This document shows, piece after piece, positions 54,543 through 64,000 of a DNA stretch of 64,000 nt. Origin of the DNA: Eledone cirrhosa (lineage: Eukaryota); NCBI GenBank assembly GCA_964016885.1, contig OZ024747.1:59210001-59274000 (forward strand), in the 5' to 3' direction. The notes under the pieces were generated by a model. The model ran no database searches. It worked only from the letters and a program-made list of their open reading frames with translations, and had not been told where the DNA came from. Positions within the stretch are counted from its first letter, which is position 1, and each line of letters starts with the position of its first letter. Both the position numbers and the translations under genes were made by a program.

Positions 54543-54669
54543 GTGCGTGCGTGTGTGTGTATATATATATAATTAGGAGACGAAGCAAGTCGAATAGAAT
54601 GGACATAACTTCGGCTGTTCCCCCCACTCACCCAGTTGACAACTAAGTTTGTATTATTAAAATCCGAAC

Positions 54670-55047
54670 GGGCGGTGAATTGGCAGTATCGGTAGAGGGT
54701 CAGACATGCTTTCCAGCGTAGTTACGTCCCCTTACGACCTGAGTTCAAATCCCGCGGAGGTTAACTTTGCCTTTCATCATTACGGGGTCGATAAAATAAA
54801 GTACCAGTAATGTACTGGTGAATTCCTGGCCTTGTGCCTAAAGTAGAAACAATTGTTAAGGGCAGTGGATTGGCAGTATTGGTAGAGAGTAGGAAACCAT
54901 ACTTCGGGGCATAGAGTCATGGCCCTTTATATTCTGAGTTCAAATTCCACCGAGGTTAACTTTGCCTTTCATCATTACGGGGTCGATAAAATAAAGTACC
55001 AGTAATGTACTGGCTAATTTGCTGGCCTTGTGTCAAAAGTAGAAACA
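54670..55047 (+). mobile_element. Head-to-tail S1 SINE dimer inside one 17-bp TSD
   Basis: ATTATTAAAATCCGAAC (54653-54669) and ATTATTAAAAGCCGAAC (55048-55064). Confidence 0.88.
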
Positions 55048-55501
55048 ATTATTAAAAGCCGAACCCAGCTGACCAGATTTCGTTTATCAGTGAGGAAGAC
55101 GACTTTGTGTGGGTAAGATGTTACGGTAACCGGACTGCTACACCAGTTTCCACGGTCTCAAACTGCTGGTCGTGCACCAGAAGGAACAGCAATGTGCAAA
55201 ATATTAAGTAATGTTTGTACACATTACGTAATTAGGCGTGGGACCATTACATCAGCAGGAGTTTGCCACTCTGTTAATAAAAGACAAAAATGGTGTGTCA
55301 ACACTCTCAATTGCTAGTTGCTATCTATCTATCTAACTATCTATCAATCTATCTATCTTTCTATCTCTATATCTTTCTCTCTTTATATCTGACTGTCTTT
55401 CTATCTCTTTATATCTATTTGACTATCTATCTCTCTATCTATCTACCTACCTATCTATCTTTCACATCTCCCTTTTCCATCTCTACTTAACCTCAAACTC
55501 A

Positions 55502-55565
<64 letters not shown>

Positions 55566-55790
55566 TCCGCATCGGCTTTCTCCCTCTCTCTTCCACTCTA
55601 TTCGTCTCTATCCATATTCTCTCTCAACCTCATACATAGTTCCATCTCCTCTTCCTTTCACCTCTTTCTCTCTCTTTCCCAAACTTGTTACATGAGAGGA
55701 AACATTACGTGGTGCCGAGATACGTGCCGTTAATTTTGTGTGTTGTACAATGCACACCCATCTACACACCTGCACACAAATGTTCACATG

Positions 55791-55832
<42 letters not shown>

Positions 55833-55981
55833 TGTTCGCATGCACGCACACACACAGACACACACACACAAATGTTCGCATGCACGCACGCATACACACA
55901 CACAAATGTTCGCATGCACGCATACATACGCACACACACACACACACACATACACACACACATGTAATAATTATATGTATA

Positions 55982-56025
<44 letters not shown>

Positions 56026-56083
56026 CATACGTATATACATATATATATATATATACATTTATACATACATATATATATATATG

Positions 56084-56117
<34 letters not shown>

Positions 56118-56146
56118 CATTTATACATACACATATATATATATGC

Positions 56147-56216
<70 letters not shown>

Positions 56217-56662
56217 ATTCATGTATGTATGTATATATGTACACATGCACACACACACACACACATTGGCACATATACATACATTCATATATTTAACATG
56301 CTTCTAGAGTGAGGGGAGGGTTTTTAAATAATAAATATTTGAGGAGATTCTAATCCCATGTCCCTAAATGCGTGTAATGTTTGACAATTCCCCTGGGGGT
56401 TATCACTGAGTTCGTTGTTGACAGGGTCCAACACAGTTTCCCTGTTATTCTCATTAAATATACATGTCCCTTCCAACAATAGCAGCCACGTGCTATACTA
56501 TACAATATGTGTATGTGTGGGAGGATGTGGCGTGTGTATGTGTATGTGTGTGTATGTGTGTATGTGTGTGTATGTGTGTGTGTGTGTGGGAGGATGTGGC
56601 GTGTGTATGTGTATGTGTGTGTATGTGTGTATGTGTGTGTATGTGTGTGTGTGTGTGTGCGT

Positions 56663-56710
<48 letters not shown>

Positions 56711-56878
56711 AAATATATATATATATGCATACACACTTCACACGCTTGTATGTACGTACACGCACATACACAAATGCAACACATGCATATATATATATAT
56801 ATATATATACATATATATACATACATATGTGTGTATACACACATACACACACACACAGACACACACACACAGACACAC

Positions 56879-56963
<85 letters not shown>

Positions 56964-56965
56964 TA

Positions 56966-57212
56966 TAGTCCAGAAATAGACGTCGAAACGGGTTGAGCTC
57001 TGCCGTCGGGGTCTTGAACATTTTCCTATATATATATATATATATAGGAGAAAGTATGACCCCGACGGCAGAGCTCAAGCCGTTTCGAGTCGTCGAAACT
57101 TCAGCTCTGCCGTCGGGATCATACTTTCTCCTATTACCCACTCTACTACCCTAAGTATTGAGTACTCTGGTGTATTATGCTCCATCTGGTTCCTTACCAC
57201 AGCTACTTCGTT
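56966..57212 (+). mobile_element. Family R copies (direct and inverted fragments)
   Basis: Matches 16183-16317, with an inverted partial copy across a TA tract. Confidence 0.85.
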
Positions 57213-57213
57213 C

Positions 57214-57277
<64 letters not shown>

Positions 57278-57685
57278 TTTGTGTGTATGTATATGTGTGT
57301 GTGTGTATGATATTGTTGTGTGCATTATATACACTTTTGTGTCTGTTTTGATATTTGGTTTGTTTGTTTGTTTTGTTTACTTGTCTATCCGTGTGTGTGT
57401 GTATCTATGTGTGTGTATCTATGTGTGTGTGTATGCACAGATGAGTGCATGTGTGTATGTGTGTGTGACGTATGACTGTTTATTGCTTGTTATTACGTAA
57501 ATGTGTTTATTTATACAATTATTTGTTTGAGAGGTTGAAGGCTGTTTACTGGGGGAGGAGGAGGTGAATGTGTTGTTTCGTGTTACCACACCTCTTTCTC
57601 CTCGCCTTCCTTCTTCTCCTCCTCCCTTCACGCCGCCATTTTCCACAACTATTTATGTTCTTCTTAATGTTATTATTATTATTAT

Positions 57686-57810
57686 TTTTTTTTTTTTTAC
57701 ACGTTTCTGTCTTTTTATCACCTTTTTACACGGCCTAAACCCACTTTGTATCGTCCTGTGCCATCTGTAATGTTTTTCTTCATGTTAGCCCTTGTGGCCA
57801 ATAAAGAAAC
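57686..57810 (+). mobile_element. Tx1 family B 3' UTR fragment between (ATT)n tracts
   Basis: Ends GCCCTTGTGGCCAATAAAGAAAC; homologous to 58320-58413. Confidence 0.8.
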
Positions 57811-57828
57811 CGTTATTATTATTATTAT

Positions 57829-57969
57829 GAATTGGCAGTTACGTCCCTTTACAGTCTGAGTTCAAATCCCACCGAGGTTAACTTTGCCTTTCATCCTTAC
57901 GGGGTCGATAAAATAAAGTACCAGTAATGTACTGAGTAATTGCTGGCCTTGTGCCTAAAGTAGAAACAA
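57829..57969 (+). mobile_element. Internally deleted S1 SINE
   Basis: S1 B box, core and tail. Confidence 0.85.
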
Positions 57970-57987
57970 TTATTATTACTATTATTA

Positions 57988-58413
57988 CTTGAAGAGGAAA
58001 ATCAGGGTGGAGAGGCAAGTGCTGCCCTCTAGCAAGTTTGTTGAAAGGTGGGTAAATGTAGCGAGAATGGTCCGAGTGAACGGGACCGCTCTGAATATAC
58101 GTCTGTAGTTTGAGAAATGGAAAATTTGAGAGAGGGCGCTTGCCCTGGTGGTCAGGGTGGCCGTGGTCTTTTGTGTGGTTTTCGCCACGAGTAACCCTCG
58201 GAGTTTTCCCCACTATTGGGGAATTTTTCATTGTTTGAATTTTCATTTTTGTTGTTTATATATATATATGTTTCTATGTCCTTTTTTTCTTCTTTTCTTA
58301 TATAAATAATAAAAATATTTACACGCACAAAACCCACATCGTACCGTCCTGTACCGTCCTGTACTGTCTGTAATGTTTTTCTTGATGTCAGCCCTTGTGG
58401 CCAATAAAGAAAT
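57988..58413 (+). mobile_element. 5'-truncated Tx1 family B copy between (ATT)n tracts
   Basis: LKRKIRVERQVLPSSKFVERWVNVARMVRVNGTALNIRL* (stop 58106-58108) aligns with the ORF2 C-terminus FGRRIRMEREVLGPRQSYERWVKEARMARVNGPSLYIVL*. Confidence 0.9.
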
Positions 58414-58479
58414 CATTATTATTATTATTAATATTATTATTATTTTGTTTATTGTTATTTGTTTGTTAATTTCTTTCTA

Positions 58480-58686
58480 GGTCGATAAAATGAAGTACCA
58501 ATCACGTACTGAGGTCGATTTAATCAACTTTCCCCTCCCCAAAAAATTGCTGGCCTTGTGCCTATATAAGAAACCGTCCCGCCGAAGTTAACTTTGCCTT
58601 TCATCCTTATGGGGTCGATAAAATAAAGTACCAGTAATACACTGCGATAATTGCTGGCCTTGTGCCAAAAGTAGAAACAATTATTA
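58480..58686 (+). mobile_element. Two SINE 3' fragments (S1 and relative)
   Basis: GGTCGATAAAA..AAGTACCA core and GGCCTTGTGCC tail, twice. Confidence 0.75.
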
Positions 58687-59098
58687 TTGTTGATGTTGGT
58701 GTTGATATATCACTGAAAACTGTGTCTATGGATTTCCTCTCTTTAATTCACTCCAAACTTTCCACTCTATAGTTTGACTTCTTTGACTTTCATTGGTCAG
58801 AAATTTTCGACGCAAAACAAAAAAAAAAAACTTACTGTAATTTAAAAGAAGCTCAATATTTCCTTGATTGAAACAAGTAGGTCTCCAATATTTGTCATAG
58901 ATGTCAGTCTCTGACAACTTTAGCTACTATTTAGTCACCAATTAGCCAGTAATTACTCACTAATTACTTTTAAGATGTCATACGGAACAAAATGAAAATC
59001 TGTCTTGAGAGATTTTATTGAATTAAACAAACCAGCGTCCACGTGACCTAAATACTGATATTCTAGCCGAGGTATATGTCTGTATGTGTATGTAATGA

Positions 59099-59262
59099 AG
59101 GCGGCGAATTGGCTGAGTCGTTAGAAGGTTGGATAGAATACTTTGAGGTATTCGTTCCGGCTTTCTGCTCTCTGAGTTCAAATCCCACCGAGGTCAACTT
59201 AGCCTTTCATCCTTTTGAGGTCGATAAAAAAAAGAGTGCTAGTCTAGTACTGGGGTCGATTT
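59099..59262 (+). mobile_element. S1-related SINE
   Basis: GGCGGCGAATTGGC..., GAGTTCAAATCCC, GCCTTTCATCCTTTTGAGGTCGATAAA. Confidence 0.75.
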
Positions 59263-59449
59263 TTCCTCTATAACTCTTTCTCATTTCCTCTCTCTCTCTC
59301 TCTCTCTCTCACACATACACACTTTCTATTTTTCTCTGGAAGATATCTTCTGTAGTCAGGCCTGGAGAAGGATGGGCTCCGTCAGGCTTGAAATACCCAA
59401 GAAAAGTCCTATATCAATACTGCCCTTCTATGACTCTATCAGTAGTTAC

Positions 59450-59722
59450 GGGACCATATGATCGTAAGGTCTTGAGTTCGATCCTCTGGGACGTGGTACG
59501 TCTAAGCAAGATATTTTTTTCTACGTTGTTCCAGTCATCTCACATGGGAAAAAATTAATTGTACCTTTAACTCGAAGGGTCAGCCTTATCACTGAGAATT
59601 ACTTTAAGGGTACATGTGTTTGTGGAATGCTCAGTCACTTGCCCGTTAATTACTTGGGCAAGCTGTTCTGTTGATCGAACAAATAACTGGATCACTCGTT
59701 GTTGTAACCGACGGAGGTCCAA
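59450..59722 (+). mobile_element. Degraded tRNA-derived SINE (another family)
   Basis: B-box-like GAGTTCGATCC, body and 3' GTTGTAACCGACGGAG. Confidence 0.55.
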
Positions 59723-59927
59723 CAACGTGTGTGAATGTATGGGTGTGTATATGTGTGTGTGATTGTAAGTGTGTGTGTGTGTGGGTGCATGTATAAATGT
59801 GTGTGTGAGTGTATGATTGTGAATCTATGTGTTTCTATATATATATATATATGTGTGTGTGTGAGTGTATGTGAGAGTATGTGTGTATATGTGTGTCTGT
59901 ATGCCTGTGTTTGTGTGTTTGTGTGTT

Positions 59928-59987
<60 letters not shown>

Positions 59988-59990
59988 CGC

Positions 59991-60031
<41 letters not shown>

Positions 60032-60523
60032 TGTGCCTCTGCCTACGTCTGCCTATATGTGCGTGTGTGTGTGTATGTGAATGTCAGATTCAATATAAAT
60101 GTTCGAATCTTTAAATTAACTTTTATTCGATGTTATGTTTCAGTCTTTTTCTCGTATCTTTATCTCTGTGTAAAGGTTTCATTTTCACTTTCTACAGATT
60201 GCTTTTAAATTTTGGTGAAAAAAAATATTCTTAATTAAATTACCTTGTTCTTTTCTTTGTTTTTCTTTTATTTAAAATTATATTTAGTGTGAGTTAATTA
60301 ATACATTCATACGCTTTTTCAACATGTCAGAAAGAATTATCTCCCTTTCGTACTATCATGTCCCACTCTCTTATGTTGGATAGTCACGCTGAAAAAAATG
60401 TCAAAAGTACGAATCTATACATTATGCAGGGTGTTTCAATATTTTGGTGAAAAAATAACACTTTTTTAAAGAAATTATTATCATTTTTCTAGAAAAAATA
60501 TTTCCACTAAGTTTATATTATTA

Positions 60524-61297
60524 CTAGCAGAATGACCCGGCGTTGCTCGGGATTTGCTATAGGGTTCTTATATATTTGATATATATTTATCCTTATCGAA
60601 CCTCGTGAAATAAATACGTTTGTTTATATTTTGTTATTGTGTATGCAAAACTATCTGTCCATAAATATATAATTATATATATATATAAATATATATATAT
60701 TAAAATAACAAACTAAAGTTTAAGCAAAGAATCACTGTTTTCACCCTTAACGGGATATTCTACCTAAAAGCAGTATGCAGTACACTAAGACTAATTGATG
60801 TAATCTTTGGCCTTGTTTGTTTATATTTTGTTTGTTGTGTATGCAAACATATCTGTACACGAATATCTATATTAAAATAACATATTAATGTTTAAGCAAA
60901 GAATCGCTGCTTTCAACCTTAACGGGATCTTCTTAAACTAAAAAAATCAATCTTTGGTTCGTGAAGACGTTCCCTGGCATAAGAATATATATACACACAC
61001 ACACTGATCGCGTCATAATGACGTTATGCAGACAGTCAGGCATACAGACAGATATTATGAAGGCGCGACGTCATATCTATGTATCTATCTAAAAAGAGAA
61101 ACACTAAGAGAAAGAGAAAGAGGTCGCTAAATCGCCTAATGCGGTCCCTAGGGCATTGAAAATTTTAATTTTTTTTTGCTCAAAACACTTCCGGGGTCAT
61201 ACGAGTTACATGTATAAAGTTTGAAAAAAACCGGTTGGGTACTTCTCGAGTTTTAGGGAAACAGACACACAGACATCCTCTGTTTTATATATATAGA
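60524..61297 (-). mobile_element. Non-autonomous Helitron
   Basis: Minus strand starts TCTATATATATAAAAC and ends with hairpin CCCGAGCAACGCCGGG, 8 nt, then CTAG|T. Confidence 0.8.
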
Positions 61298-61334
61298 CTA
61301 GAAGAAAACCACCTGGTAGGCGGTTTTCTGCTAG

Positions 61335-61650
61335 TCTATATATCTAAAACAGAGAATGTCTGTCTGTCTGTCAACTCACTAAAACTTGAGAACCATCCAA
61401 CCGATTGTTTTCAAACTTTAGACATGTAATACTTATGGTCCTGTGAGTGTTTTGAGTAAAAATTATTTCAAATTTTCATTGCCCTGGGGACTGCATTAGG
61501 CGATTTAGCGTTCTCTCTATATAATTCTTAGTCTTTCTTTTTAGATAGATACATAGATATAACGTTGCGCCCTTATAATATATGTCTGTATGTCTGACTG
61601 TCTGCATTACGTCATTATGACACGCTCAGTGTGTGTGTGTATATATATAT
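61335..61650 (+). mobile_element. Helitron 5' portion, inverted relative to 60985-61297
   Basis: Starts TCTATATATCTAAAAC; diverged reverse-complement match to the left copy. Confidence 0.75.
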
Positions 61651-62151
61651 GTATCGTAATGCAGACAGCAAGACATAGCTTTCCTTCCTCTCTTCCAGCG
61701 TCTCTCTCTCTCCCTCCCGCTATCCCCCTCTTGTAGTCTGTCTCTTTCTTTCACTCTCACTCTCTCTCTACGCGTCGGACACACAGACAGAGAAATTGCT
61801 GGTTATATATTATAAGGAGATTATGCATTTTTCAATATGTCAGAAAGAATGACTTCTCGTTGACAATATCATGTCCCATATCCTTATACAGAAAATTCAC
61901 TCTGAATCAACGATAAAAATATACATCTGCACTTTCTAGATGTCTCTCTAAAATTTGGATGGAAAAAAGTTAATGATCACCATTTTTTTTTTTTAGAATT
62001 ATAATATATATTGTGAGCTAATCTTTTTGCCTTCTTTTTTGTCTTCAACATATAAATTATCTCTTTTCGCCTTAAACATGTCCCCCTCCTTTATGCTGGA
62101 AGCTAACGCCTTGTCATCATTGATCAATAACAGACGGCCTCAATTCTCCTT

Positions 62152-62720
62152 ACGGCTTTCATAATCAGTTGTGGTCCCATGGTCAAGTGGTTAACTCTGG
62201 CCATCTTTCTAATGCAGCAGTAGATGACCACAACCTTTTACTGTCCATTACAGTTTTCATAATCAGTTGTGATCCTATGGTCAAGTGGTTAACTCTGGCC
62301 ATCTTTCTAATGCAGCAGTAGATGACCACAACCTTTTACTGTCCATTACAGTTTTCATAATCAGTTGTGATCCTATGGTCAAGTGGTTAACTCTGGCCTT
62401 CTTTCTAATGCAGCAGTAGATGACCACAACCTTTTACTGTCCATTACAGTTTTCATAATCAGTTGTGATCCTATGGTCAAGTGGTTAAATCTGGCCATCT
62501 TTCTAATGCAGCAGTAGATGACCACAACCTTTTACTGTCCATTACAGTTTTCATAATCAGTTGTGATCCTATGGTCAAGTGGTTAACTCTAGCCATCTTT
62601 CTAATGCAGCAGTAGATGACCACAACCTTTTACTGTCCGTTACAGCTTTCATAATCAGTTGTGATCCCATGGTCAAGTGGTTAAATCTGGCCATCTTTCA
62701 AATACAGCAACAGATGGCCA
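62152..62720. repeat. 98-bp tandem repeat, ~5.7 near-identical copies
   Basis: ATAATCAGTT recurs at 62161, 62259, 62357, 62455, 62553 and 62651. Confidence 0.95.
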
Positions 62721-62784
62721 AAATAATCCTTCCCTGTTCATGAATTGTGATCCAAAAGATGGTCGGGTGATTAGACCTAGCTAT

Positions 62785-63035
62785 CGGTGGAATTTACATC
62801 CCTGGGTGGGTTTGAACTCAGAACACCGTGCCGGGAGAAACACCACAAGGCATCTCGTCCAACACACTAACATCTTCATCAACCCACCGACATTGACAGA
62901 CACTTTATTTTATTGGCTCAGAAAGGATGAAAGCAAAGTTGATCTCGGCTGGATTTAAACTCGGTTAACAGAGAGTTGGAACAAATACCACAAGGTATTC
63001 TATCTGGTGCTGTTAACCACTCAGCCAAATCACCA
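62785..63035 (-). mobile_element. Degraded S1-related SINE fragments
   Basis: TTTGAACTCAGAAC and GGATGAAA.GCAAAGTTGA motifs in reverse orientation. Confidence 0.6.
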
Positions 63036-64000
63036 CACAAAAACAAAACAAAGAGAAACACAAGAACATTAGATTGTTAGACATTTTCCTTTATTTACAT
63101 ATTTCAAATTCGAAGTTCCTTAATTACAATATTGGTTTTATTAAAGTAAGCACAAGGCCCTATGTTACTACTGGATGAAGGAGTTGAGAGTTGTGACATT
63201 GGTGGCACAAATGAAGTGAAACTGCATCAACTGGGAGTCAAAACCTGCTCCACGTACAGCTCACTAAGAGCTTAATTCTTATTATACGGTGCTTATTTTC
63301 TTTAGGTACAATATTTTGCATTCGGGGTGGAATTGGATTGGATTGGCTTAAAAAAATTCTATGAATGTTTTTAGTAAAGTATTATTACAAGTTGTAGGAA
63401 GACCTAATTTATATTCGGTAATATTTGTTGATGATTGTGTAGTTTAGCCACAGGTCTGTCCTGATCGAGTAGACCTATAATAATCCCGTCCTTTTATCAG
63501 GCATTGTGTGTATATGAGTATATTGTCCCTTCCGCTTTCGAAACAGTAGGATGTGGTTTGATGGTGATTTAGCTGCTGTTTGTGGCGAGCTAACAGATTA
63601 CTTGGAGAAGGTTTCCTCTTTTCATGTGTTACTAATTATGGTAAAAAAGAGACATTTACTATTGCATTTATTGCTATGGAGGTCTTCACATTAGTGAGGC
63701 GATGACAGAATACATTATATAGGGTGGCGATGTGAGAGTTTCTAATATAGATGAGAGCCAAACAATGACATGAAGCCTCCACTGTAATCTAACGAAACCC
63801 TTCATTATACAGTGTTCCCACTTCCTACAACTGAGAGCTGAAACTAAATTTAGCATCTATTTACAGCTAGACAGGGTCAGTAAAATGTCAAATGTGTTGA
63901 CTATAGATGCAACACAGAGCTAATAACATAATAGAAACCATCATCAAGAGGGCCGTTGGTGTAACAACATATGTACTGGGTCTGTGGTGTGTCACCTTAA

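Noticed and set aside
59328-59406. CTGGAAGA...AGGCCTG/CAGGCTT-GAAA motif
   Set aside because: Core altered and no NUH site; too degenerate to call.
62152-62720. CRISPR-like array
   Set aside because: Whole units repeat with no unique spacers, there are no cas genes, and the context is eukaryotic.

Overview
Repeat-saturated eukaryotic DNA with no confidently identifiable host gene. The microsatellite load and SINE types suggest a cephalopod (Octopus-like) genome, which is an inference. Most long ORFs in the track are microsatellite or minisatellite artefacts. The one real coding unit is a full-length ~5.7 kb Tx1/L1-clade LINE (30407-36113, minus strand). It has a CCHC-knuckle ORF1 broken only at G/C homopolymers and an intact APE-RT-zinc-finger ORF2, and it sits in a (GATA/TATC)n microsatellite. 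A second copy also ends in (TATC)n, and a sister family ends in (ATT)n. An abundant tRNA-derived SINE shares the Tx1 3' terminus and has TSDs starting with ATTAT. Between 5 and 30.4 kb I found about ten type I hammerhead-ribozyme folds, several of them inside (TA)n-flanked foldback elements (Penelope-like/retrozyme-like). Also present: Helitron remnants including a head-to-head foldback, a hAT MITE, CR1, RTE and mariner relics, and several tandem arrays. All folds and alignments were done by eye.
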